Source: an uncultured Alphaproteobacteria bacterium (GTDB lineage: Bacteria; Pseudomonadota; Alphaproteobacteria; JAGOMX01). Taken from it: a stretch of DNA of 64,000 nucleotides. The position numbers and the translations under genes are program-made. This document shows positions 29,198-39,165 of this stretch, in pieces; position 1 is the first letter of the stretch; each line of letters opens with the position of its first letter. The notes beneath the pieces were generated by a model. It saw nothing but the letters and a program-made list of their open reading frames with translations, did no database searches and was not told the DNA's origin. The stretch lies in contig CAWAEF010000031.1 in the NCBI GenBank assembly GCA_963780985.1, forward strand, positions 86,100-150,099, in the 5' to 3' direction.

Positions 29198-30478
29198 ATG
29201 CCAACAGGTGCAGACGCGGCCGCGCTTTCAGGAATGCAAGCTGCAGGTTATAAAATGACTTCAATCGGTAACAACGTCAGTAACGCTGATACGGTGGGGT
29301 ACAAAAAAGAACAAGCTAACTTCTATACAATTGTGGCTGGATTAACCAGTTCGACCACTTTCGCTTCAGGCGGTGTGGGTGCAATTCCGTTACGTCAAGC
29401 TAATGAGCAAGGCTTGCTAAGTGCCACCACGTCTGGCACGGATATCGCAGTTTCCGGAAATGGCTTCTTCGTTGTCGGTAAACTAGGGGGGCTTACAACG
29501 GGTCAAACCAACTCATTTGCCTTTACGCGAGCCGGTTCTTTTATGCCAGATAAACAGGGTTATTTGTGTAATACCGCAGGATATTATTTACAGGCATGGC
29601 CCACGGATACCAGTGGTGTGCCGATTGCGACAGACTTGAACTCTTTAAACCAGCTGCAAACGGCGCGTATCAACCAAATTGCAGGTATTACAACGCCGAC
29701 GACGGAAATTGATCTGAAAATAAACCTGCCGGCTGATGCTGCTATTGGTGATGTTGAGACAACGAATATCGAGGTATATAACTCTCTGGGTGAGGCGAAT
29801 ACATTAACGTTTTCATGGACAAAGCAGACCACCAATCCTCTGGCGTGGAACCTAGCTATATCGGTACCTGGCGCCACTATTACTCAAGGGACCACGGCAG
29901 GTGCGGCATATACAGGCGTGCCCGTCCTATTTAATGGTAGTGGTCAGCCCATAAGCTATGGTGGTGGAGCAACGCCCCCTGCTATCGCTGTTACCTGGGA
30001 TTCTTCCGCAATTCCTAGTAAGCTCAATTTAACCTTGGGTACGGCAGGAACGTCTGATGGCATAAGCTGCTGTGCTGGTCCTTACGCACAAACTCTCGTG
30101 GACCAGGACGGTAACGGCGTCGGTCAGTTAAACGGTATCTCAATTAATGAAAATGGTATTGTGTCCGCTACGTTTGATAACGGCCAGTCCTTGAACATCT
30201 TTATGATACCCCTGGCCAACTTCGCAGCCCCCCATCAGTTGGCCGCTCAAAACGGAAACGTTTGGAGTCAGACCGATGCCTCGGGTGAATATTTGTTGTC
30301 AGCGGCAAAAAGTGCCGGTATGGGAAGTATTGAATCAAACGCTCTCGAGCAGTCCACAGTGGACCTAGCGGAACAGTTTACAGACATGATGGAAACTGAA
30401 CGCTATTACTCCAGTAACGTTAAAGTGATTCAAACTACCGAAAACATGTTCAACGACTTGAAACGAATAAAACAATAA
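29198..30478 (+). CDS. flgE: flagellar hook protein
   Basis: N-terminal rod/hook motif IGNNVSNADTVGYKK and C-terminal motif LEQSTVDLAEQFTDMMETERYYSSNVKVIQT. It has a strong AAGGAGG RBS. Confidence 0.9.
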   Translation: MPTGADAAALSGMQAAGYKMTSIGNNVSNADTVGYKKEQANFYTIVAGLTSSTTFASGGVGAIPLRQANEQGLLSATTSGTDIAVSGNGFFVVGKLGGLTTGQTNSFAFTRAGSFMPDKQGYLCNTAGYYLQAWPTDTSGVPIATDLNSLNQLQTARINQIAGITTPTTEIDLKINLPADAAIGDVETTNIEVYNSLGEANTLTFSWTKQTTNPLAWNLAISVPGATITQGTTAGAAYTGVPVLFNGSGQPISYGGGATPPAIAVTWDSSAIPSKLNLTLGTAGTSDGISCCAGPYAQTLVDQDGNGVGQLNGISINENGIVSATFDNGQSLNIFMIPLANFAAPHQLAAQNGNVWSQTDASGEYLLSAAKSAGMGSIESNALEQSTVDLAEQFTDMMETERYYSSNVKVIQTTENMFNDLKRIKQ

Positions 30479-30496
30479 AAAGAGCGATTAAACTTT

Positions 30497-30527
30497 AGCC
30501 CCCACTTTCTGTGGGGGCTTTTTTTTC
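30497..30527 (+). terminator. rho-independent terminator after flgE
   Basis: Stem AGCCCCCAC / GTGGGGGCT with loop TTTCT, followed by T8. Confidence 0.85.
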
Positions 30528-30559
30528 GCCTAGGTAATAAACCTAGGTAATAAACATGA

Positions 30560-30876
30560 GACCATTTCAAAGCCCCATTTCACCTCTCCCCTTGTGGGAG
30601 AGGTCCGGAGCGAAGCGTAGGGGTGAGGGGTGCCAACAAGCAATATTCATAACCCTCACCCGGCCTTCGGCCGACCTCTCCCACAAGGGGAGAGGTATTT
30701 ATTAGCCTCCAAATGGAGTGTTTTCACCTCTCCCCTTGTGGGAGAGGTCCGGAGCGAAGCGTAGGGGTGAGGGGAACCAACAAGCAATATTCATACCTCT
30801 CAACCGGCTTTGGCTGACCTCTCCCGCAAGGGGTAAGGTAATTCTACACCGACAGATGTAGGGTTTTGAAACGGCC
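30560..30876. repeat. two tandem copies of the family F palindromic element (CACCTCTCCCCTTGTGGGAGAGGTC ... GACCTCTCCCACAAGGGGAGAGGTG)
   Basis: Internal palindromes are read directly. Further copies lie at 45051-45238 and 45402-45570 (inverted), with a truncated copy at 40226-40282. Confidence 0.9.
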
Positions 30877-30897
30877 TTAACATAAAATTGTCATAAG

Positions 30898-30913
30898 TTA
30901 ACATATAATTAAC
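30898..30913 (+). promoter_or_regulatory. perfect CtrA-box consensus TTAA-N7-TTAAC upstream of the orphan gene at 30984
   Basis: TTAACATATAATTAAC lies about 70 bp upstream of the ATG. The context is AT-rich. Confidence 0.3.
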
Positions 30914-30983
30914 TATATAATAAAGAATAATTAAGCATAAGGCCTCATAATTAAACTAGTAGTAAAGATGATGGTGAATATAC

Positions 30984-31826
30984 ATGCCAACAAGTAAAAC
31001 AAAGCAAATATACCTAGCAACATTACTGGCAACCTTGATTGCACTGCCCCTGAATGCTTCCGCATTTCACGTTGACGAAAATGCGGGCGCAAGTCCTAAT
31101 ATGCCCAGAACACCGGTGTTTGGCCATAAAGAAAAGCATAATCCTAAAGTACTTGTTACCCATGAAGTGAAAGTTGGCGTCAACGTTATGCCCCAAGAAA
31201 TCAATTATGCTTATGGTTTTGAGGCAGATAAGGCCAATTTTGTACCCGGCGAGTTTAAGCAGACCCAGGGTATCACAAAAGATTGGTTTGTGTTGGTCAA
31301 TGTGCATACGGATATGCCCTTAAATGTTACAAATGTCTTTGATAGGGATAAGCGTACTCTTAAATGGGGCTCTCCCTTTGAAAATGCCCGTGTCAATTTC
31401 TTTAAGATTGGCGATCCCCATCAACAGTCTGCTCTAGTTCGGGATTGGACACAAGGCAAGCATCGCCGAAATGTATCCTTTGTCTTCATTCCACCCAATA
31501 CGCAGGTTGAATACATCATTGGCTATGCGAGTCCGCAGGAAGGCGCAGAATTTCGGGATCAAGCCGGCGGCGGTATGCAGATGCGCCTTAAAAGCTTGCC
31601 TGCAGGTACCATCGTTTTGGATTCAAAATTAGTTGGCGAACAGCAGCTTGGGAAATCAGTTTCGCAAAAAAGCTTCTCATTGGATAAGTTGCTAATAAAT
31701 GCGATCAAGTCATATAACAGGGCCCATCCTGCAGCGAGACTTCCTCAAAAACTTGCAGATCCAAATACCTATCCTTACGATATGAACAATATAGATGAAG
31801 TCAATGAACACCATCTCAACCTTTAA
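30984..31826 (+). CDS. hypothetical secreted protein
   Basis: 280 aa, signal peptide ...LLATLIALPLNASA. It lies between the flgE and fliF blocks. I recognise no family. Confidence 0.55.
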   Translation: MPTSKTKQIYLATLLATLIALPLNASAFHVDENAGASPNMPRTPVFGHKEKHNPKVLVTHEVKVGVNVMPQEINYAYGFEADKANFVPGEFKQTQGITKDWFVLVNVHTDMPLNVTNVFDRDKRTLKWGSPFENARVNFFKIGDPHQQSALVRDWTQGKHRRNVSFVFIPPNTQVEYIIGYASPQEGAEFRDQAGGGMQMRLKSLPAGTIVLDSKLVGEQQLGKSVSQKSFSLDKLLINAIKSYNRAHPAARLPQKLADPNTYPYDMNNIDEVNEHHLNL

Positions 31827-31835
31827 ACCCAATGA

Positions 31836-31862
31836 TTAACAAGTTGCTAACGCAATGTTAAC
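31836..31862 (+). promoter_or_regulatory. overlapping CtrA-box-like sites upstream of fliF
   Basis: TTAA-caagttg-CTAA-cgcaatg-TTAAC lies 140-165 bp upstream of the fliF ATG. fliF is a CtrA-dependent class II gene in Caulobacter. Confidence 0.35.
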
Positions 31863-32002
31863 AAAAATTTATATCCTGCCCATATCAACCTCTTGAATAA
31901 CCCACTAGGAAAAACTTGCCGATTATTGTGGAAATTCTTTCCGATTTCTGTAAAAATTACCATAAATGCAAAACAAATGCATGATATCCAGGGAAACTGA
32001 TT

Positions 32003-33676
32003 ATGGACTTTCTAACATTTATACAGCGACTAGGTTTGGTCCGTGTGGCAATTACGGCCGGTGTTATTCTGTCATTAGGCTGGGGCATGATGTTTTTTGC
32101 GGACCGTGTGTCAACTCCCGACATGTCTCTACTCTACGGAGACTTGGATGTAGGAGAAGCCGGCCGTATCGTATCCCGCCTGGAAGAGCAAAATATTCCG
32201 CACCAGATCAGGGGTAACGGCACTCAAATCTTGGTCCCTTCTGACAAGGTCGCCAGAGTGCGCATGGATATGGCAGAAGCCGGCCTGCCTAATGGTGGCT
32301 CCGTTGGTTATGAGATCTTTGATAAAAGTGACGTTTTTGGCACATCCTTTTTCGTACAGAACGTCAACCAAGTTCGCGCACTCGAGGGTGAGTTAGCAAG
32401 GACGATACGCACTATAAATGGCGTGGCATCTGCACGTGTACACCTGGTTCTTCCTAAACGTGAGCTCTATAACAACGATCAACAAGTGCCTACAGCATCT
32501 ATCGTTATACGCATGCAATCCGCAGGCCGCTTGGATGATTCCCGCGTGAGGGCTATCCAGCATCTTGTAGGAGCAGCTGTCCCAAACCTAGCACCCGAGC
32601 GGGTTTCGGTGGTGGATGATCGTGGTAATCTTCTGTCGGCATCCTATTCATCCGGTGAAAACGCAACCACGCAAAAGGCCGAGGAAATGCGGGCTTCCAC
32701 GGAGGCCAAGCTTGAATCATCGATCCGGTCTCTACTAGAAAGAACCGTTGGTTTGGGCAAAATTCGCGCGACAGTGGCTGTGGATATGGACTTTGACCGC
32801 TTGACGGAAAACAGCGAGCTTTATGACCCCGATGGCCAGGTGCAGCGCTCAACACAAACCATTGAAGATAATTCCAATGCGACCGAATCCAGTGGAAGCG
32901 CAGGCGGTGCGGCCGGTGCAGCCAATGAAATGCCTGCCGCAGGTGGTGGAGCAGCGGCTGGAGGTGGTGGTAACAAGAACACGACAAAACGGACCGAAGA
33001 AACAGTTAACTTCGAGATATCCAAGACCATCAAGAACCATGTGAAAGAGGGTGGGTCCATTAAGAAGCTGTCCATTGCGGTCCTGGTTGATGGTACTCAC
33101 AAACCAGCAACTGCCGAGGGTGGCAAAGAAGCATATGAGCCTCGCACCAAGGAAGAAATGGCCCAGATCGAAAAGTTGGTCAAGTCCGCCGTAGGCTTTG
33201 ATGAAAAGCGGGGCGACACCCTGGAAGTTGTGAACATGCCCTTTACCAACGATCCTATCGATGCAGGGCAAGTAGTCGTGCCCAGCATGTTTGGCTTCGA
33301 AAGCCATGACATGGTACGCTTAATCGAGACAGGAATTATGGGGTTGATAGGCCTGCTCATGTTGTTGTTGGTAGTCAAACCCTTGGTGAGTAGGATTTTG
33401 TCATCATTGACTGAAACTGGTTCTGAACAACCTATCCAGGAAAATGAGAATGCTCAGGCAGAACCATCGACAGCGCCCCCTGTACCTGGCGTACAAACAG
33501 GCTCACAAGCTCCGCCGATGGCCGCCAACCAGGGTATGGTGGCTCCACATCCAATACCCCGTAACGATCATGCCGAAACGGAAGTTAAGCTATCTTCCGT
33601 GACTAAAATTGCTGACATAGTGGAAAAGCATACGGATGAGTCCGTAGCTATGGTTAAAAACTGGATGAACCAATAA
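32003..33676 (+). CDS. fliF: flagellar M-ring protein
   Basis: 557 aa with an N-terminal TM segment, YscJ/FliF-like region, a Gly/Ala-rich linker and a second TM. It lies upstream of fliG. Confidence 0.9.
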   Translation: MDFLTFIQRLGLVRVAITAGVILSLGWGMMFFADRVSTPDMSLLYGDLDVGEAGRIVSRLEEQNIPHQIRGNGTQILVPSDKVARVRMDMAEAGLPNGGSVGYEIFDKSDVFGTSFFVQNVNQVRALEGELARTIRTINGVASARVHLVLPKRELYNNDQQVPTASIVIRMQSAGRLDDSRVRAIQHLVGAAVPNLAPERVSVVDDRGNLLSASYSSGENATTQKAEEMRASTEAKLESSIRSLLERTVGLGKIRATVAVDMDFDRLTENSELYDPDGQVQRSTQTIEDNSNATESSGSAGGAAGAANEMPAAGGGAAAGGGGNKNTTKRTEETVNFEISKTIKNHVKEGGSIKKLSIAVLVDGTHKPATAEGGKEAYEPRTKEEMAQIEKLVKSAVGFDEKRGDTLEVVNMPFTNDPIDAGQVVVPSMFGFESHDMVRLIETGIMGLIGLLMLLLVVKPLVSRILSSLTETGSEQPIQENENAQAEPSTAPPVPGVQTGSQAPPMAANQGMVAPHPIPRNDHAETEVKLSSVTKIADIVEKHTDESVAMVKNWMNQ

Positions 33677-33690
33677 CGGAGTGCTCTTAA

Positions 33691-34716
33691 ATGGTAGAAC
33701 GCGTCGTAGAAAAGGCTGATCTTTTGAGCGGTCCAGAAAAGGCTGCAGCACTGATGCTGTCGTTGCCAACGGAACATGTGTCGAAAATATTCGAAAAACT
33801 GGATCAGACAGAAATTCACGAGATTTCCGAAATTATGTCCAGCCTGGGCAAAATTAAGGCGGATGCGCTAGAAGAGGTGTTCCAAGAGTTCACCGAAAAT
33901 CTCAGCTCAACGGGTAACCTAAGGGGTACTTTCGATACCACGGAAAGGCTTCTTGCCAAGGTAATGGACCAGGACAAAGCCAAATCCATTATGGAAGGTA
34001 TCCGCGGGCCCATGGGCCGTACCATTTGGGATAAACTTGCTAATATGAACACGGATAATCTGGCTTCATACCTCACCAATGAATATCCCCAAACGGTGGC
34101 TGTGGTTCTGAGCAAAATCAAGCCAGATAACGCTTCCAAGATATTTGCCAAGCTGCCAGAGGAATTTTCTCATAAGGTAATTGAACGCATGCTGCGCATG
34201 GAAACAGTCAAGCGTGAGGTCATTGAGAACGTTGAAAAGACGTTGAGAACAGAATTTATGACTAACGTTGCAAAGACATCTCAAAAGGATTCTCACGAAA
34301 TTGTGGCAAACATCTTTAACTCGTTCGACAGAGCCACTGAGGCTAAGTATATGGCTTTTCTTGAAGGTGCGCTGCCTGACTCTGCAGATAGGATAAGATC
34401 TTTGATGTTCACGTTTGATGACCTGATCCGCCTGGAGCCTGCTGGTGTTCAGGCTGTTATTCGCTATGCGGACAAAGCCAGGTTGGTGTTGTCTTTGAAA
34501 GGTGCTGCCGAAAATATCAAAGTGCTGTTTTTCAGCAATATGTCTGAGCGTGCCGGGAAACTCATGAAAGAAGACATGGAAGCCCTTGGTATGGTGCGTT
34601 TGAAGGAGGTAGAGGCCGCCCAGTTGGAAATCGTAACTTTGGCTAAAACACTTGCTGACAGGGGCGAAATCAAGATCGCCGAGCAAGCCAATAATGAAGA
34701 AGAAATGGTGGAATAG
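33691..34716 (+). CDS. fliG: flagellar motor switch protein
   Basis: 341 aa. It has GPEKAAALMLSLPTEHVSKIF and a C-terminal MSERAGKLMKEDME..EAAQLEIV motif. Confidence 0.92.
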   Translation: MVERVVEKADLLSGPEKAAALMLSLPTEHVSKIFEKLDQTEIHEISEIMSSLGKIKADALEEVFQEFTENLSSTGNLRGTFDTTERLLAKVMDQDKAKSIMEGIRGPMGRTIWDKLANMNTDNLASYLTNEYPQTVAVVLSKIKPDNASKIFAKLPEEFSHKVIERMLRMETVKREVIENVEKTLRTEFMTNVAKTSQKDSHEIVANIFNSFDRATEAKYMAFLEGALPDSADRIRSLMFTFDDLIRLEPAGVQAVIRYADKARLVLSLKGAAENIKVLFFSNMSERAGKLMKEDMEALGMVRLKEVEAAQLEIVTLAKTLADRGEIKIAEQANNEEEMVE

Positions 34717-34719
34717 GCC

Positions 34720-35349
34720 ATGGACGCTGCAAAAAAATACACTTTCGGACAGAGCTTTATTAACGCCGATGGGCATTACATTGTTCCTGAAGTGGAAAAT
34801 GCTCGCGAAACCGGCTATCAGGCTGGATATGATGAGGGGTATGTCACGGCCAAAAACGAGTTAGAAGCTGATCTTCTTGCCATGATGACAGTGTTGAATA
34901 TGCGTATGGCAGAAGTGAGTGATCGGCAAAAAGAGGCCTACCAATTTGTAACCAGTTCTACGGTGAACCTTGTTAAGGCCATCGTGCAAAGGGTGGTCCC
35001 TCACGTAATTGCCAAGCATGGTGACGAGGAGGTGCTTGGCTTTGTGGACGAGGTCCTCAAGGGGTTAAAGTCCACGTCTGAAATTAAGATTGCCGTGAAC
35101 CCAGCCCTGAACAAAGCCGTTGAGGCCAGGGTTCAGGAGCATTTGGCTCAATACGAGGGGCAGCTTAAAATTGTCGTTAAACCAGACGATGCCATAGAGA
35201 AGACTGATTGTATGGTGACATGGGATGACGGTGGTGTGGAGCACATTAAAACCAAGCTGTTGCAATCAGTGGATGAAGCGCTCAACCGCGTGTTGGGCAA
35301 TGTACCAATAGAAAAAGAAGAAGTAACGACGGGAGAAAACGATGTCTGA
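34720..35349 (+). CDS. fliH: flagellar assembly protein FliH-like (same position as Caulobacter flbE)
   Basis: 209 aa between fliG and fliN, with a coiled N-terminus and a FliH-like C-terminal half. The assignment rests partly on synteny. Confidence 0.55.
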   Translation: MDAAKKYTFGQSFINADGHYIVPEVENARETGYQAGYDEGYVTAKNELEADLLAMMTVLNMRMAEVSDRQKEAYQFVTSSTVNLVKAIVQRVVPHVIAKHGDEEVLGFVDEVLKGLKSTSEIKIAVNPALNKAVEARVQEHLAQYEGQLKIVVKPDDAIEKTDCMVTWDDGGVEHIKTKLLQSVDEALNRVLGNVPIEKEEVTTGENDV

Positions 35350-35683
35350 AGAAGAAAAAGTACAAACTGAACAGTCCGAACAGCCCGAACAGCCTGCAGA
35401 GGTCATGGATGAAGATGTTAAGGAAATACCCGACGCGGTTGATTTAGGGGCTATTTATGACGTGCCGGTCCAGGTTTCAGCCGTTCTTGGACGCGCCAGT
35501 CTGCATGTGAATCAGCTATTGAAACTCGGTCGTGGAGCCATTATCGAGCTTGATCGCAAAGTGGGAGAGGCAATCGATATCTATGTGAACAATCGACTCG
35601 TGGCCCGTGGCGAAATTGTCGTTATGGATGACGATCAGATTGGCGTGACGATGACGGAAATTATCCGGTCTGATGCTGCTTAA
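35342..35683 (+). CDS. fliN: flagellar motor switch protein FliN
   Basis: The C-terminal SpoA domain is LLKLGRGAIIELDRKVGEAIDIYVNNRLVARGEIVVMDDDQIGVTMTEI. Confidence 0.9.
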   Translation: MSEEEKVQTEQSEQPEQPAEVMDEDVKEIPDAVDLGAIYDVPVQVSAVLGRASLHVNQLLKLGRGAIIELDRKVGEAIDIYVNNRLVARGEIVVMDDDQIGVTMTEIIRSDAA

Positions 35684-35706
35684 ACAAGTATAAAGGAGTA
35701 CGTACT

Positions 35707-37038
35707 ATGCGTTTACTCATTGTTGGAGAAATGGAAGGCCACATTACCACGGCCAGTAAAATAGCTCTGGATCGCGGTGCGCGGGTGAGTCATGTTACCA
35801 CTGTGGATGCGGCCCTGGAGAACTTGCGTTCGGGCAAGGGTGCTGACATGGTGATGATTGATATTACCTTGGACGTCAAAGATCTTGTGACCCGCTTGCA
35901 AGCTGAGCGTATAAGCGTTCCTGTCATAGCCTGTGGCATTAGTATCGATTCGAAAGCGCCTGTAGCAGCCATTAAGGCAGGCGCCCAGGAGTATGTGCCA
36001 CTTCCACCTGACCCAGAGTTGATTGCAGCCGTATTGGAGGCTGTGGCTTCTGATCATACGGAATTTATCACCAAAGACCCTTCCATGAAGCCCGTTTTCC
36101 GTTTGGTGGACCAGATCGCGCCTAGTGATGCAAGTATCCTGATCACAGGTGAATCGGGAACCGGTAAGGAAGTTATGGCCCGTTATATTCATAACCATAG
36201 CCGTAGGAAGGATAAGCCCTTTGTGTCGGTCAACTGTGCGGCTATTCCTGAAAACTTGCTGGAATCTGAGCTTTTTGGTCATGAAAAAGGCGCGTTTACG
36301 GGGGCTGTGGATAGGCGTATCGGTAAGTTTGAAGAGGCCAACCGCGGAACATTATTGCTGGATGAAATTTCAGAAATGCACCCCCGCCTGCAAGCCAAGC
36401 TTTTGCGGGCTATTCAAGAGAGGGAAATCGATCGCGTTGGTGGCAGCAAGCCCATCAAGGTGGATATACGCCTTCTGGCAACCAGCAACCGCAACCTAGA
36501 AAAAGAGGTTGCCGAAGGTAACTTTCGCGAGGACTTGTATTTCCGTCTCAACGTGGTTTCAGTGGAGTTACTGCCCTTAAGGGAGCGTCCTCAGGATATT
36601 GAGATTTTATCTCATTTCTTTGTGGAAAAGTACTCGAAAGCCAATGGCTATCCGGTCAAAAAGCTAACACAGGCTGCGCAGGATAAGTTGCGGCAATATT
36701 ATTGGCGGGGTAATGTGCGCGAGCTGGAAAATGTCATCCATCGATCTATTCTAGTGGCGCAAGGGGCTGAGATTACGAAAGAAGACATCATGCTGCCCAA
36801 ACAGGCTATAGTTGAGTCTGGAACTGGAGAATCAGCCAGTGGATCACCTGCTCATGTGTTGATTGGCCGGACGGTGGCTGATGTGGAGCGAGACCTGATT
36901 ATTGGTACCCTTTCTCATTGTTTGGGAAATCGGACTCAAGCGGCCAATATTTTGGGTATTTCCATCCGGACACTGCGGAACAAGTTGAATCTCTATACGG
37001 ATGAGGGAATTAGCGCGTCTCAGGTAAAGGTATCATAA
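35707..37038 (+). CDS. flbD: sigma54-dependent flagellar transcriptional activator (FlbD-like)
   Basis: AAA+ sigma54-interaction domain ([27 protein letters not shown]) and a C-terminal Fis-type HTH. The N-terminus [11 protein letters not shown]... is a degenerate receiver. It follows fliN as in Caulobacter. Confidence 0.8.
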   Translation: MRLLIVGEMEGHITTASKIALDRGARVSHVTTVDAALENLRSGKGADMVMIDITLDVKDLVTRLQAERISVPVIACGISIDSKAPVAAIKAGAQEYVPLPPDPELIAAVLEAVASDHTEFITKDPSMKPVFRLVDQIAPSDASILITGESGTGKEVMARYIHNHSRRKDKPFVSVNCAAIPENLLESELFGHEKGAFTGAVDRRIGKFEEANRGTLLLDEISEMHPRLQAKLLRAIQEREIDRVGGSKPIKVDIRLLATSNRNLEKEVAEGNFREDLYFRLNVVSVELLPLRERPQDIEILSHFFVEKYSKANGYPVKKLTQAAQDKLRQYYWRGNVRELENVIHRSILVAQGAEITKEDIMLPKQAIVESGTGESASGSPAHVLIGRTVADVERDLIIGTLSHCLGNRTQAANILGISIRTLRNKLNLYTDEGISASQVKVS

Positions 37039-39153
37039 ATGCCAACAAATCAAGATATGCCTGCTATTAATATGGATCGGATTCACGCGGCCCTAAGCCG
37101 CGGTGATATTGCTTTTGCGCTTGGCTTGATGTGCATTTTGGTATTGCTGATCCTGCCTTTGCCAGCATGGATGTTGGATATCGGTTTGGCTTTTTCTATC
37201 ATGTCATCGATTTTGGTGTTAATGACGGTTCTTTTTATCATGAAACCCCTGGAATTTAGCTCTTTTCCCACGGTTTTGTTGGTAACCACCATGCTGCGGT
37301 TGGGTCTTAACGTGGCCTCTACCAGGCTGATATTGACCCACGGCCATGAGGGACCGCAAGCTGCGGGGCATGTGATTCAGGCTTTTGGTAACTTTATCAT
37401 GAGCGGCAACTTTGTGATCGGATTAATCGTATTTGGTATCCTGGTCATCGTGAATTTCGTGGTGATCACGAAGGGTTCTGGGCGTATCGCTGAGGTGTCA
37501 GCACGGTTCAGTTTGGATTCTATGCCAGGTAAGCAAATGGCCATTGATGCGGATCTGTCCGCAGGGTTGATTAATGAGACCGAAGCAAAGCGCCGCCGGA
37601 AGGAAGTTGAAGGTGAGTCTAACTTCTACGGGGCGATGGATGGTGCGGCCAAGTTTGTGCGTGGTGATGCTATTGCGGGTCTTTGCATTACGTTTATTAA
37701 CATCGTGGGTGGTATCATCGTTGGTGTTGCTCAGATGGGCGTTTCTTTTAGCACGGCTGCCCATACCTACACGTTTTTGAGTGTTGGCGATGGGCTGGTT
37801 GCTCAGATTCCGGCCTTGATTGTATCTACGGCAGCGGGTTTGCTGATTTCCAAAGCGGCTACAGACGAGGGTAGTGCCAACCAAGCGTTGTTCAGCCAGT
37901 TAACAGCCTACCCCAGTGCATTGGGTATGGCATCATTTCTTATGTTGTTTATCGCACTGCTTCCGGGCCTGCCTATGATTCCTTTTCTGTTTCTGTCTGT
38001 GGTGACGGGTTATGGGGCCTGGAAAGTGACTCAGGAACAAGAGGCGGTGGCAAATAATAAGGTTTTTGAAGAGACTATGGCTGAGCAAAGAGAGCAGACA
38101 GAATCCCAAGAGCTGATGTCTCAGCAGGGTGCCCTTTACGTGGAGCCCATACGGTTGGAGCTGGGATATAGCCTGCTGCCGCTGTTACAGGATGCGGCTA
38201 ATGGTCGTTCGCTGCCGGAACAAATTACGGCCTTGCGGAAGCAATTGGCTAATGAGATTGGATTTTTGCTTCCTGTGGTACGTATCCAGGATAATATCCA
38301 ACTGGGCTCTAATGAGTACTGTATATGCATCAAGGAGATCCAATGTGCTAAGGCTGAATTGCGGCCAAATATGCTGTTGGCGATGGATCCTCAGAACCGT
38401 GAAATGCCTCTACCTGGGGAAGTAACTAAAGAGCCTACCTTTGGTCTGAATGCCAAATGGATTGATACGAATCGTAAGGTTGAGGCTGAAAAAATGGGTT
38501 GTACGGTAGTGGATCCCGGGACGGTTATTACGACTCATTTGACGGAAGTGATTAAGGACAACTTGGTTGATTTACTTACCTTTGAGGAGACCCAAAAGCT
38601 GTTTGATGGTTTGAGTAAGGCTCATCAGAAGCTCTTAAAAGAGGTCTCGCCGGCGCAAATTTCTCTGGCTGGTATACAAAGGGTGCTGCAGATGCTACTT
38701 CAGGAAAGGATCTCTATTCGGGATCTTCCTACCATCCTGGAGAGTATTGCGGAGGCTTGTACTTTTACGAGGGATGTTTCCGCCATTTCCGAACATGTGC
38801 GGGCGCGTTTGTCGCGGCAGATTTGTGCGGCCAATGCCGATGAAAATGGCCTTCTGCCTATCATTACTCTTTCGCCTGAGTGGGAACAGATCTTCCACGA
38901 ATCGTTGGTGGGGGAGGGTGATGCAAAACAGCTGGCTATACCTCCTAGCCGCTTGCAGAGCTTTATTGCGAAGGTCCAAGAAACTTATAACGAGCAGTTG
39001 ATGAAGGGAATTATGCCGGTGTTATTGACGAATCCGTCTACGCGACCCCACGTGCGGTCTATTGTAGAGCGTTTCCGTCCATCTACAGTTGTATTGTCTC
39101 AAAATGAAATTCACCCGCGGGTGAAGCTTAAAACTTGTGCACAGATAGAGTAA
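37039..39153 (+). CDS. flhA: flagellar export apparatus protein
   Basis: 704 aa with the FHIPEP motif region (SFPTVLLVTTMLRLGLNVASTRLIL) and a large cytoplasmic C-terminal domain. Confidence 0.93.
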   Translation: MPTNQDMPAINMDRIHAALSRGDIAFALGLMCILVLLILPLPAWMLDIGLAFSIMSSILVLMTVLFIMKPLEFSSFPTVLLVTTMLRLGLNVASTRLILTHGHEGPQAAGHVIQAFGNFIMSGNFVIGLIVFGILVIVNFVVITKGSGRIAEVSARFSLDSMPGKQMAIDADLSAGLINETEAKRRRKEVEGESNFYGAMDGAAKFVRGDAIAGLCITFINIVGGIIVGVAQMGVSFSTAAHTYTFLSVGDGLVAQIPALIVSTAAGLLISKAATDEGSANQALFSQLTAYPSALGMASFLMLFIALLPGLPMIPFLFLSVVTGYGAWKVTQEQEAVANNKVFEETMAEQREQTESQELMSQQGALYVEPIRLELGYSLLPLLQDAANGRSLPEQITALRKQLANEIGFLLPVVRIQDNIQLGSNEYCICIKEIQCAKAELRPNMLLAMDPQNREMPLPGEVTKEPTFGLNAKWIDTNRKVEAEKMGCTVVDPGTVITTHLTEVIKDNLVDLLTFEETQKLFDGLSKAHQKLLKEVSPAQISLAGIQRVLQMLLQERISIRDLPTILESIAEACTFTRDVSAISEHVRARLSRQICAANADENGLLPIITLSPEWEQIFHESLVGEGDAKQLAIPPSRLQSFIAKVQETYNEQLMKGIMPVLLTNPSTRPHVRSIVERFRPSTVVLSQNEIHPRVKLKTCAQIE

Positions 39154-39165
39154 GGGGAATATACC

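Noticed and set aside
34066-34776. Long antisense ORFs inside well-supported genes. These are 34066-34776 (in fliG/fliH), 43365-44129 and 44486-44929 (in sucCD), 53577-54416 (in putA), 1402-2302 (in kefB), 20907-21506 (in lpxA), 22156-22767 (in lpxD), 35713-36282 (in flbD) and 32849-33307 (in fliF).
   Set aside because: They lie opposite strongly recognisable proteins and show low-complexity or odd composition with no motifs. They are typical shadow ORFs.
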